Shown here: in pieces, positions 29,832 to 40,510 of the stretch
How the letters are laid out: the number at the start of each line of letters is the position of its first letter
How positions within the stretch are numbered: position 1 is the first letter of the stretch
Source of the DNA: a virus
Length of the DNA: 64,000 nt
Reading direction: 5' to 3' (one strand)
Virus record (IMG/VR): IMGVR_UViG_3300047095_000292
Coordinates: 1 to 64,000 of that record
Translations under genes and position numbers: made by a program
The notes under the pieces: generated by a model
Database searches by the model: none
The model's input: only the letters and a program-made list of their open reading frames with translations
What the model was told of the DNA's origin: nothing

Positions 29832-30554
29832 TTAGAGTTTGCCCTCCGCTGCGAGTTTTAGAACTTCAGCTTGGGACATATTAAATAGAGATTTCTTACC
29901 AGTAGGTGCTTCGCCAGTTCCAGCACCGGAACCTTGACTACCACCACCAGTATTTACCTTTGCTTTGAATAGAAATGACTGTTCATCGTCTCTTGAAAAG
30001 GCTTCACAATAGTCCTTGATAGAGATGCCAGTACGATGTACCCACTGGCCTTGCTCATTCTGAACCAGGTTACTAACAATCTCCTTATATGCCATATCAG
30101 AAGCTTTATCGTTTCTGAAGGTGTAACTCTTAAGTGCATCGCGCACAGCAACATCACGGCTTAGTTCCGTGTTTTGCTTTCTAAGAGCTTCATTTGTGGC
30201 TTTTTCTTCAGCAAGACGCATTTCAAAAGCTTCTTTGTGTTTGCCATCTTCCTCAAGTTTCTTTAGAGTTTGTTCCCTTTCCTTTGCTTCGAACTCTGCA
30301 TTCTTTTTAAGTGCAGCATCTCGTGCAGCGTAAGCTTTATCGAGATTTGCCTTAATAGGTGCTAGTTCTTTCTCAAGTCGATCTTTGACCAGTTTAGAGA
30401 TCATATCCTGATCACGCTCTTCCTGAGATAGACGCGACAAACGTGCTGTCTCTGCCTCTTGCTCTGCAGCAACTCGTGCGGCTTCCGCTTCTGCGTCCTT
30501 TACGGCTTGTGCAGCAGCTTCAGCTTCGGCAGCAATCTTTTCTTCTTCAGTCAT
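29832..30554 (-). CDS. Capsid scaffolding protein
   Basis: Charged coiled coil with G/S-rich C-terminal tail, directly upstream of capsid. Confidence 0.85.
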   Translation of the reverse strand: MTEEEKIAAEAEAAAQAVKDAEAEAARVAAEQEAETARLSRLSQEERDQDMISKLVKDRLEKELAPIKANLDKAYAARDAALKKNAEFEAKEREQTLKKLEEDGKHKEAFEMRLAEEKATNEALRKQNTELSRDVAVRDALKSYTFRNDKASDMAYKEIVSNLVQNEQGQWVHRTGISIKDYCEAFSRDDEQSFLFKAKVNTGGGSQGSGAGTGEAPTGKKSLFNMSQAEVLKLAAEGKL

Positions 30555-30612
30555 TTTATTTTCCTTTACGAGTACAACTCGCTTTAATTATAAGAGTTAC
30601 AAACTCTAAGAT

Positions 30613-33600
30613 TTAACCGATTCCATACCAGTACCTGTTATCTTTAAACTGTCCAGGGACAGCTGCAAGGATATCTTCTCTGGTTAGAATATCTGCCTGC
30701 GTTAATAGCTTACCATCGATCCTTGACCTTCCAGCCACAGGTATCAGACCAATATCGATAGCTTCATTCATGTACTTTAGATATAACTCACGCGGCATTC
30801 CGCGAGCGTACATTTCATCTAGAGTAGCTTTTATTGATTCACTTTGTACTGCTCTTGCATAGATTTCTTTTAAGGCCTGACGAGATTCTAACATATCTGC
30901 TGCATTTGTAAAGAAGGCGTCGTGTCTTTGTGTTCAAAAATGTTCGTTAAACATTCTCAGTATTGTCGAGTTAGTTATTTAATAATTCTTCCAAGTGTTA
31001 CCAATTCTTATTTGCCTAATAGTGCTAGGATGCGCATTGTAGCTAACTGCAATTTCAGCATCAGATATTCCATTCTTAATTTTAGATCTTATATCAGGAA
31101 TGTTCTCTGCTGTTATCTTGCGGGTCCGCAACTTACCACCATAACGACCAATCACTTCAAGACCTAAATGTGTCCAGCTCTCGCCAAGGCGTATTGCGTT
31201 AATAGATTGACGTGTGACACCATACATAGCAGCAATCGCGGTATCTTTATACCCTACTGACATATAGTATATAATATCAGGAATATCGTCCTCTACTAAA
31301 ACAGATTCCGGTCTACCAGAACCATTTAGCATAAGACCTGTATCATACGCATGTTGGACGTTTTCACGAGGTGTTGCCCACGCTAGATTACCAACTACGT
31401 TATTATCTCTAATTCCGTCTAAATGATTTACTTGTGTTTTGTTTTCTGGATTAGGTATAAAAGCTTCTGCTACAAGTCTATGTACTTTCGCCCTGAATGG
31501 TTTACCATCTACTTCTATTTTAAAATGTCTATAACCATTTTGCAATGAACCATACGTAAGCAAACCAGTGCTTTCGCGCCTTAATCGCCCCAAACTGCTT
31601 ACAGCATATCTCTTATCTTTATTGCATATACACCAAAATTCTTCCATTACATTTACTCCTTGTGTCTCGACAACACATCTGCATATTACTGTGCAGAACA
31701 GACTATATCTTCAACAGCCTTATTGCTAGCTGTTGCCCCGCGTTTCGAGCAGACTTCTGCCCTACTCTACTTGGTAGTTACACCGTTCGATAGTCGTTGC
31801 ACCTTGCTCTTGCGAGCCTTGGCTCAGGATTGCCCTTATGAGGGTGTCCCCTGAATTAGCGGAGTTTTACTACGGCAAGTTATTCACCGTACCTGTTTGA
31901 ATATTATTCTTTTGTCCCCATAGATGAAATTGCTTTACGATAACCGCATCGTTCAGTTTGTTCAATAGTGTTCGTTAAACGCTATCGGTATTGCGCCAAT
32001 TAGCATTTTACTTCCTTTAATGTTGCTTGGCGCGCAACACCTGCATGTCACCATGCAGCTCAGACTATCTCTTATACTATTACTAGTATCTCTACGTTTC
32101 GAGCAGACTACTGCCCTATGGACTTCATCTTCTGTTCTAGAAGGTATGTCCTAGTCGTTGCACCTTCAAAACCATTCCTGGTTAAGCTTGGCTCAGGATT
32201 GACTCATGGAGTGTTTCCCTGAATTAGTAGAGTTTATTCACAGCATTTTGTTTACTGTGATTACCGTTTACGGCGTAAGCCGTTCTAGCCTTGCCAGTAT
32301 CTACAATATCGTTAATAGTACCTTTCTTATTTAGGAAGTACTGTTCCCATGTTGTAGGCTCTGTCTTTTGCTGTACCTGAATAATATTATTTATCCATTT
32401 ACCTTCAGCATTTTTGTATGCAAGCTTCTCTTCAAAGGTCTGCGTAAATACCTGTTCCAGAGTTTTACCATCAAAGTTTACCCATGGAATATTAGTCCAA
32501 GACTTTGGTAGCTTATTATCGTAACCAACCTCAATACCTTTGGTAACATCGATACCGGCTATATCAAACTTACCGATTGTAAAGCCAGTCTTTCGATCAA
32601 CAGGAGATTTATAACCCATGATAATATTAGAGACAGTACTGTCTGGCACATATCCGGGAATACGATTAAGTATCTTTTCTTTAATACTTTCATCCTTAAT
32701 CCCAAGTGTACGGCTTAACCATTTAGGTAGTCTCTTACCTGCTTTATAATCACCGTATATTGCAGTCTTTAGAGTAGACACAGGGGCAATACTAGCTGCC
32801 TTTGGTTTAGCATGTAAGGCATAATCCTCAGCAAGTCTACCGAAGAACTTAGTAAAGTCCTTTAAGATAGGTACTTGTGATCTTAAATTCTCGGACATGA
32901 TCATTGCAATCTGTTGAAAATCGTCAGGTGTCACGACCTTGCCATATTCCCTGCTAAGTTTCTCAACAAAGTCTCTTGTACGGGGTTCAAGGAAATATAG
33001 TTGTTCAAGCATATCATCACCAGGAGCTAAGCCCTTATTGAACATATCCTTCACATCTTGTCGCAATGCCTTCAGTTCTCGATACATATCTGGATCGAAT
33101 TTTTCATATCGAGCCATCCTTGCACTGATCTCCGACATGACAGCATCACGCTCACTGGCCTTTACAACAAGAAAATTTTCCTGCTTCTCTAATACCTTAG
33201 CAAGTTTGTTTTCTACGTTCATAATGCCTGTACGCTCGCCTGCTCCGTAAAATGTTACCATATTTTGCATTTATGTTTAGTATGATTCGTTAAGTCATAC
33301 TGGTGTTATTGTCAAGTTTGTTAATTAGTAATTAGTCCAAGTTTTCTTTGCTATTCTTAATACTACCCATATTACTTACGAAGTATGGTAAGTTGTCTAT
33401 CTGTTTCCAAATCTCGTCCATTTTATACTTTCACATGTGTCTTGACAACACCCTGCATGTTACCATACAGATCAGACTATATCTTCAAAGTAGCATAGCT
33501 ACGATGTCCCCCGTTTCGAACTCACTTGAGTCCTACGTCTTTCGACTAGTCGTTGAACCTTCAAAAGTGTTTCCACTTAAGCTTGGCTGCTGATTGTCCT

Positions 33601-36600
33601 GCAACAGGAGTTTCCAGCAATTAAAGGGATTTTACAAGACCAAAAATTAGCCTTGGAAGCCTTACGCAAATCTTTCTCTGTCAGACCTAGCTTCTTGTTA
33701 AGTTCTCTGAACCTTGGATCATTAAAGGTACTTGCTGCTATCTCGTCGTATAACCTCTGCTTCTGATTAGTAGGTACCACATTACTAAGTTGAGCTAATT
33801 GTTTATTCTTTGTGGCAAGTGCAATAATCTGTGCTCCAGAAGAGCTAGCATCTTGCTCTAGTGCGATGGCTATCTTATAGCTGTTAAGCCTCTTCAAGCT
33901 AGCCGCAGAATAATCACCTCCTAAGTATTCGTTTATCTTAGACATCTCTAAAGCAAACCGTAGGACTTTTCCCTGTTCCTCTCCGTCGATCTCCTGTAAA
34001 AATTTTGATTCTAATATTTTGCGTATATCATTAGGCTTACCACGACGCATCTGATCACCAAGTTGTATCATGTCTTTGCGCCACAGTGTAGCAATCTGTT
34101 GTCTACCAAGTACTGATAGCGAGTTATACCTGTCTTCTAGATGATCAGATGCTCCACCTAGAAAGGCTCCTATCTGGTCCTGGAAGTTAGCAAACTCAAT
34201 ATCGCTAAAGTTCTTAGCCTGCGCCGTGTTTAAAAACGGTCTACGTTTATGTTCAACAGTATTCGTTAGATACTGCCAGTACTTACCAAGCATTGTTATT
34301 GTTTAATAGTTTTTCCAGGTCTTACCAGATATAATGCCAGAGATAGTGCCGCTATGCACATTATAATCTCTGCCAATAGAAGCTAAACTTTCTCCAAGTT
34401 CGTGTCTAGTTCGTATATCTGGAATATCCTTACCTGATAGTTTTTTCTCACATATGCTACTTTTAGGACTCTTAGCTGGAAACACTAAGTCTGGTCTAAC
34501 TTGTTTCCATGTATCCAAGGTTCGTATCTTAGATATTGTTCCTTTATTAACACCAAACAGCAATCCTATTTCGGTATTATTTAACTCATATTCTACAAAT
34601 AGCTTTTTAATATTTTCGACATTCTCTTCATTTAGAACAGCTATGTATGTATCCGAACCAGAAACGCACATATCATTTGACCAAGCGTGTTTCATATTAT
34701 CTACATGCGAAAGCCATTCTAAGTTTTCTACTCGATTATCCGTTTTCACTCCATTGATATGATTAACTTCAAGTGATAGATCTTTATTTTCTATAAACGT
34801 TATTGCAACCAGACGATGCACTGCAATCGTAATATCATCTATATTTACAGCTAGATAACCTTTGCAGTTATCTTTAACTTTTAGCAGTTTCTCACTTTTA
34901 TTCGACCATACATTTCCTAGAGTGCTAATTAAATACTGCGTATTCTTATACTGTTTCCAAATTTCTGTCATGTTAATCTTCCATGTCGTGCTTGGCAGCA
35001 CTTCTGCAATTTCGTTTCCTTATATGCAGACCAGACTATATCATCACCGCTGTCATAACAGTACGGTGTTGCGCGCTTCCATCGGACTTCCGATGTACTC
35101 CCGTAGGATAGTCGTTGAACCTTCAAATTCATTTCTGAATAAGCTTGGCTGCTGATTGTCCATTAACGTATGGAGTTTCCAGCAATTCACGCAATTTTCG
35201 ATGTATATTACTATACAAAGCTTCTGATAACAAAAGTTTCTCCGCTTTGAGGCCCAATAAAGCCTCGTTCATATATACGTGCGCGATGATCTAGGAAGGG
35301 ATGATTGCTGAATGCAACATCCTTTGTCCTAAGCCATTTCATTGACTTAAGCCTCTCATATGCATCACCACGTTCAATCATATACTCACGATACTTGTTC
35401 AAATCATTGTAATACTTAGCTGCACCCTTATCATCTTGAAAGTTTATAAGCTTCTCAATGAAATCATGAAAGTCTGGATCTACCTTGTATTTTGCTGACG
35501 CTGCCCAATTAAGAGCCCTTGTCATATCTTTATCAATTAACTTGGCAGGGAAATCGCTAAAGGAACTTGTAGATGTAATAGGAATTCGAGTATCCATTAG
35601 TCCATACATACCCCTATCAACAAAGTATGTTTTATAGCCCTCACGTATCAAGAGTCTATTACTATCTACAGTAACACCAACACGAAGACCCACATCTACC
35701 TTTCGAGTAAGTCTAGCATACTCTTGAATCCTGGGATCTACAATTCGTAGATTCACTGAGAATGTATCATAGTATGGACCAAAATATGCTCCAAAGTTTC
35801 TACTCTTCATTCTACGTTTCTGTACGCCAAAGGTCTCTAATTCATAGAAGCCCTTACCATGCGCGTCATCTAACAGCTTTACTCCAAGATTATACCATTC
35901 GTTACGGCTACCACGATAGTTAGCCATATTATATAAGTCACGGCCTAGTGCAACTGCTAATTGGTCTCTATCAGGTGAGTCTGCTAGACTAAGACGCCTT
36001 GCAAACTTTAAATAGAAATTATCCAACTGTTCATCATCTAGCCTTATCTTTAATTTAGCGGGTAGCCTGAAGTCTAGTATGTTACGTAACTCTTTAGCGA
36101 TCTTCGGAGCAGTGCGATCTTCCCATTTATTCTTAGCAATTATATTAGAAATAAAGTTATCATGTAGCTCTTGTAACTGAGTTGGACCAAGAACTGGATC
36201 AATATAATTAGCTTGCTTTAATTTGAAAAGAAGATTAGCATCTTTTCTAATTTGAGTCTCGATATAATCAGATACGTTCATAATATCAAACTTAATCTGA
36301 CCTTGTAAGACAGCCTTCATGTTAGTCCATGGCTCTTTGTTATCACGAAAACGCCCAAAAGTTATCCGGAGATTTTCAGTAATTACTGCCCTCTCGTTAA
36401 CACCCATGTGATCTTCAAGGCCATCTACAAAGTTCTTAATGAACTCTTTATCTCTAGGTAGAAGAGACTCACTCTCATCTACAAGTTTATACGTATTACG
36501 CAATGTATCAGGACTTGGTTGGTACATACGGGAATCATCGTACCTGCCAGTGATCGGATTATATTTTAAATTCTCTTCTCTAGGTGGTGATCCAAGTACT

Positions 36601-37862
36601 CTTGCCTTAGTATTCTTTTTATTATGTAGTAAAGTGCCTCGATAATTCGTAAGAGAAAGCGTACCATCTAGCTCTCCTGATTGCAATATGTAATATTCTT
36701 TAAGAGCTTTCTGGAGTTCCTTATTGTCATAAAATTCATCAGGTCTTGCTGCACCTAACTTAATTACATCCAGTCTCTCCTTCGCCAACGCGAATCTTCG
36801 AGTGTCACCTGGAATTCCATACCCAGAGTCAGTAAGACCTCTAAGCTCTCTAATCCCGACGCTATTGCCGCCTGCATTAGAGAACTTGTCCAAGGTAAGC
36901 TGTCCTGATCTAAATAGCTCAAGCTTTGTTGTATCGCCAATGTGCTTGAATTGCACCTCAACGGGTTGTCGTTGTAGCCACGCATTATATGATTCCTTAA
37001 GAGGAGTTTGTCCATCGTATAAGGCAATCTGTTTAGCTGACAATCCTTCAAAATTCCTTTTGCGAATTTGTGCAATACCCTCTAACGAACCGAGTTGGTC
37101 ATAGCTCTTAACTATTGGTATTGTCGTCGATCTGCAGTACCAGTGTGCTGGTGGCAGATGCTCATGGTCACTTATCGGGTAGATAGTTCCATCCCTTGAC
37201 GCACATAAAGGGGTAGTCCTAGAATCTAATACGGCAACATATTGCCATCCTTGTAATGCCTTTTCATTAGCTTTGTAAACTTCATGGTCAGCCTGAGCAT
37301 ATACACTTGTCGTAGCTGTAACTGTAAGGCCTTTAGCCTGATTCTTTGTTATATTAAAGGTAGACTTAGATATAGACTTAGCAATTTCATTTTCATTAAG
37401 ACCTTCTGCTATACCTTTTCTAATCAGCCCTTCAATACGTATCTTCTCATTCTTTCCAATCCCTGCCCAGCCCTGATCTAGTGTTTTATCAAGGTATATC
37501 GGCCTGTGCAATACAATATCCTCTGCAACACGCCTAGGCGGTTGTGATACTCGCCAGATACGTCCAATTGCATCATCCATATTTTGAACAGCATAGGAAG
37601 TCTGATCCTTGAACAAGTCTAAGAGAGAACGGCTAGACACATTGTGTGCATCTGCCATTGTCTTTATAATTTCTTTATCGAGACTTGCTTGAAAGCCTTT
37701 AAAGCCTGTTCCACGTAACTTTGATTCTTTGATAAGACTATCAACGCGCACTGCATGTCCATCAATAATTAACTCTACTTTATTAGAAGTACGTTGCTCA
37801 TATAAGCGTATCATTGCTGCACGATTGATACTCTTATCATAAATCTGTGTATTAACATTCAT
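30613..37862 (-). CDS. MuF (SPP1 gp7-like) minor head protein fused to T7-family single-subunit RNA polymerase; 5 exons (37862-35233, 34243-33649, 33267-32254, 31953-31886, 30925-30613), 1539 aa spliced
   Basis: MuF: WQYVAVLDSRTTPLC...PPAHWYCRS. RNAP: LDHRARIY...PQSGETF/RPFL, motif A EQDASSSGAQI, motif B RKASKA/QNMVTFYG, NHS/NDA, motif C TV/HDAF. Exon lengths sum to 4620 nt in frame. Confidence 0.92.
30926..31885 (-). mobile_element. Group I intron 4 (960 nt) with homing endonuclease
   Basis: P1 UACGGU/GCCGUA with U-G; core AAUUCAGGGGA, AAUCCUGAGC, GUGCAACGACUA, AAGAUAUAGUCU; terminal G; splicing restores V-H-D-A-F. Confidence 0.92.
30979..31647 (-). CDS. Intron-encoded NUMOD4/HNH homing endonuclease (I-HmuI-like) with two C-terminal HTH repeats
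   Basis: YAVSSLGR, HRLVAEAFIPNP, VNHLDGIRDNNVVGNLAW, GNTWKNY. Confidence 0.9.
   Translation of the reverse strand: MEEFWCICNKDKRYAVSSLGRLRRESTGLLTYGSLQNGYRHFKIEVDGKPFRAKVHRLVAEAFIPNPENKTQVNHLDGIRDNNVVGNLAWATPRENVQHAYDTGLMLNGSGRPESVLVEDDIPDIIYYMSVGYKDTAIAAMYGVTRQSINAIRLGESWTHLGLEVIGRYGGKLRTRKITAENIPDIRSKIKNGISDAEIAVSYNAHPSTIRQIRIGNTWKNY
31954..32253 (-). mobile_element. Group I intron 3 (300 nt), no ORF
   Basis: P1 UCACAGU/GCUGUGA; AAUUCAGGGAA, AAUCCUGAGC, GUGCAACGACUA, AAGAGAUAGUCU; terminal G; restores H-S-N-D. Confidence 0.92.
33268..33648 (-). mobile_element. Group I intron 2 (381 nt) with deleted endonuclease remnant
   Basis: P1 CAAGGCU/GGUCUUG; AAUUGCUGGAAA, AAUCAGCAGC, GUUCAACGACUA, AAGAUAUAGUCU; terminal G; restores motif B R-x3-K-x7-YG. 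Confidence 0.92.
33325..33421 (-). pseudogene. Internally deleted homing endonuclease remnant
   Basis: MDEIWKQIDNLPYFVSNG* followed by KKTWTNY*, matching the N- and C-termini of the intron 1 and 4 endonucleases. Confidence 0.85.
34244..35232 (-). mobile_element. Group I intron 1 (989 nt) with homing endonuclease
   Basis: P1 CUUU/UG-UUAU-CAGAAG with U-G; AAUUGCUGGAAA, AAUCAGCAGC, GUUCAACGACUA, GAUAUAGUCU; terminal G; restores ETF-RPFL. Confidence 0.92.
34303..34971 (-). CDS. Intron-encoded NUMOD4/HNH homing endonuclease
   Basis: MTEIWKQY...YLISTLGNV, HRLVAITFI, VNHINGVKTDNRVENLEW, GKTWKNY. Confidence 0.9.
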   Translation of the reverse strand: MTEIWKQYKNTQYLISTLGNVWSNKSEKLLKVKDNCKGYLAVNIDDITIAVHRLVAITFIENKDLSLEVNHINGVKTDNRVENLEWLSHVDNMKHAWSNDMCVSGSDTYIAVLNEENVENIKKLFVEYELNNTEIGLLFGVNKGTISKIRTLDTWKQVRPDLVFPAKSPKSSICEKKLSGKDIPDIRTRHELGESLASIGRDYNVHSGTISGIISGKTWKNY

Positions 37863-37870
37863 GATAATCC

Positions 37871-38347
37871 TTAGGACGGCTTATGAAATTCCCCATGATG
37901 TTCAGCCGTAACAGCATCACGAGCCTTGCTTGCTTCCTCTGCAGTATCGTATAGACCGATAGTATGGCGGTTTCCATCAACCACCACCCTCGCCCTCCAC
38001 TTACCACTAAATTTATCTATCCCTTTAAATCCTGACGTGTTAGTACTAGGTGCATTTCTATTCTGCATATTTTGTTCGGCAGTAGCAGGTCGCAAATTTT
38101 TTATACGGTTATTGAGACGATTAGTATCTCTATGATCAACTTTCTCAGGTATGTCGTCATGATGCAACATATAGATCAATCGATGGACCTTATATGTTTT
38201 ACCACCATATTTCACCTGCAGATAGCCTTCGCTATTCTTAGTGCCCACAGGAGAACCCTTAACTATTGAAGGGCCTCCATTAATATTCCAGAACAATTGA
38301 CCGTCTTTATAGTAGAATGTTTCTTTAATCTGCTTCTGGGTCAGCAT
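37871..38347 (-). CDS. Free-standing HNH-AP2 endonuclease
   Basis: HRLIY, VDHRDTNRLNNRIKNLR, NTSGFKGI; likely start MLTQKQIKE. Confidence 0.88.
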   Translation of the reverse strand: MLTQKQIKETFYYKDGQLFWNINGGPSIVKGSPVGTKNSEGYLQVKYGGKTYKVHRLIYMLHHDDIPEKVDHRDTNRLNNRIKNLRPATAEQNMQNRNAPSTNTSGFKGIDKFSGKWRARVVVDGNRHTIGLYDTAEEASKARDAVTAEHHGEFHKPS

Positions 38348-39983
38348 TAGGCTTAGCCTTCTTAAGTGGTGTCTTAGCTTTAGGTGTTGATATACCAGCC
38401 ATGTCTGCAACCTTGCTAGCATAGCTGTCGGCATCAACTTGGCCCATCACCATATCATCTTCAGTAATCTCGATCTGACCCTCTTCGTCATTATAATCAG
38501 GACTAATCATATCATTAACTTTGAGAATCTGTAGCCAAATAGAACGAGGAATGAGTCCACTCTGATACCATTCAGTAGCAAGACGTAGCCAATCAGCACC
38601 AAGTGGGGTTGGATTAAAGTCAGCAGACAACTCAAACTCAATATCAGTATTTTTAAGCTGTAAATCATAGCGCCAGTTAAGCATAAATGCAATAATAGAC
38701 GCCATCTGATTACTTACTTTAATATTAAGAGTTCCTAATTGAGCAGTCTGAGCAGCATTACGAATGTCCAGTGCAACACCTGACTGTTGAGTTTCTGGTG
38801 TCAGCATACGAATACCCAGCTTAGCCATATCCTCAATAGCAGATGCAATAGCTCTATCCATGTCTGTAAGTGCAGCAGTAGGTGTATCAAGGACAGTAGC
38901 TGTAGCACCTTCTGGGAGCTTAAGCCAGGTGCCTAAACCGGCATCTACAATTGCATCAAAAGCATCATCAGTTATATTTCCCGTCAATACAGGTGTATAC
39001 GTAGACGCGCCATACAACAGATGATTACGTCGGCTCATTTTATTATATAGTGCAACTTCCTTATCAATAAAAGGAGATAGCATAGGTTCAATAACACGAA
39101 TTGAACCATTTAATGGCCATGCAGGAATCTGTGTAAGACGCTCGCCATTCATTAGAATAGTTTCAAGTGTCTCGACTAGCTCATAAGCTGACAATTTAGG
39201 ATCAGCCCCAGCTGCATTCTGCGTATACTTCTGTTGTAGTTTGCCGTTAACAACAATCACCTGCGCATCTTCTACCTTCTTCTCATATCTACGGATACGA
39301 TAGAAACCTTCTACGATTTCATGTACGATAACAGTATCTATATAAGACGGATGAAATTCGTTTTCTTCAACGCGCTCTACGTAGTTTCTAACGATAATCT
39401 GTTCTAGAGACTGTACACCAGTATCCTCTCGAGTCGATACTCGCCAATTAATTATAGATTCAGCGTTCCATATTACAGGATAGGGTTTCAGTTCAGCATA
39501 CTGTTCCCTAGTAAGATCTTCTGGGTTTAATATCTTAGGATAGTCTACATACACCCATGCTCTGCTTGTCTGAACTTCTTCCCATAGAATTTCATCAAGA
39601 AAAGAGACCAGCGGTGAGCTATTATGGCTAAAGTGATTCATTATCCATTCATATGCTCCAGCTGGCACCTTACCTTCTGGAAGCTTAAGCTGAGGTTGTT
39701 TCCTTAACAGACCACCAATAATAATGCGAGCATATTGAGAGACAATACCTGGGAGTTCTGCTTCTGCCTTGTAGAATTCATATTGCTTTGCATCCATTGA
39801 GGGCGAGAAAGGGATCAGCAAATTGCTAAATGTCAGTACATCAAGGTAGCCATCAAAGTCCTTAGCAAAACGCTCACCACCTATAATTGCTCTCGATTTT
39901 TCCCATAAACCTCTCATTGACTCGTATGAAGATGTTGGATCTGCTACTGAACGCTTGTGTTGAACTGCATTGACTACTGACAT
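38325..39983 (-). CDS. Portal protein (DUF4055-type)
   Basis: 552 aa; AWVYVDYP, PYPVIWNAESIINW; position upstream of MuF gene. Confidence 0.85.
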   Translation of the reverse strand: MSVVNAVQHKRSVADPTSSYESMRGLWEKSRAIIGGERFAKDFDGYLDVLTFSNLLIPFSPSMDAKQYEFYKAEAELPGIVSQYARIIIGGLLRKQPQLKLPEGKVPAGAYEWIMNHFSHNSSPLVSFLDEILWEEVQTSRAWVYVDYPKILNPEDLTREQYAELKPYPVIWNAESIINWRVSTREDTGVQSLEQIIVRNYVERVEENEFHPSYIDTVIVHEIVEGFYRIRRYEKKVEDAQVIVVNGKLQQKYTQNAAGADPKLSAYELVETLETILMNGERLTQIPAWPLNGSIRVIEPMLSPFIDKEVALYNKMSRRNHLLYGASTYTPVLTGNITDDAFDAIVDAGLGTWLKLPEGATATVLDTPTAALTDMDRAIASAIEDMAKLGIRMLTPETQQSGVALDIRNAAQTAQLGTLNIKVSNQMASIIAFMLNWRYDLQLKNTDIEFELSADFNPTPLGADWLRLATEWYQSGLIPRSIWLQILKVNDMISPDYNDEEGQIEITEDDMVMGQVDADSYASKVADMAGISTPKAKTPLKKAKPNADPEAD

Positions 39984-40495
39984 AATGTGGAGTCCCCTGT
40001 CTGCAAACCTGGATTAAAAAACTCACCGTAATTAGAGATAGCCGCAAGGCAGTACGCTTTATAAGCTTCTTCAGGTGTTTCAAAAAATCCTATAAATTTT
40101 CGTTTACCTTCTATCCCAATCTTAGCAACCCATTTGCTAAATTGAGAGTTCCACGATACTCCTTTATAACCTGAAGTATTATTAGATCTTAGACTCTGAT
40201 TATGGTTATTATCAGAAAAAGAAGCAGCTCTTAGGTTACAAATTCTATTATCGGTTCGTATGGTATTTACATGATCTATGTTTTCTGCAGGAAATTCGCC
40301 ATACACATATAGCCACGCTAATCTGTGAGCCTTATATGTAACATTTTGTACTCTTATACGTAAGTATCCTGTGTCTGTTAAGCTCCCAGCAATATCACCT
40401 GCCTTTACACGATTACTTGAAGAAATTCTACGTGTAAACACACCTGTATTACTATCATATATTAGATATTCTTTTAACACAGCTTGTGTTAGCAT
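39974..40495 (-). CDS. Free-standing HNH-AP2 endonuclease
   Basis: HRLAWLYVYG, IDHVNTIRTDNRICNLR, NNTSGYKGVSW. Confidence 0.92.
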   Translation of the reverse strand: MLTQAVLKEYLIYDSNTGVFTRRISSSNRVKAGDIAGSLTDTGYLRIRVQNVTYKAHRLAWLYVYGEFPAENIDHVNTIRTDNRICNLRAASFSDNNHNQSLRSNNTSGYKGVSWNSQFSKWVAKIGIEGKRKFIGFFETPEEAYKAYCLAAISNYGEFFNPGLQTGDSTLCQ

Positions 40496-40510
40496 TGTAA
40501 TTATTCTCCG

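Noticed and set aside
33577-34293. ORFs 33577..34293, 32224..33270 and 30613..30894 as independent genes
   Set aside because: They are exons; their called starts and ends either run into intron sequence or use internal Met codons
30613-37862. RNAP fragments as a pseudogene, a stop-codon-recoded gene or a multi-subunit split enzyme
   Set aside because: Every break coincides with a complete group I intron, and removing them gives one uninterrupted frame; other genes use all three stop codons normally
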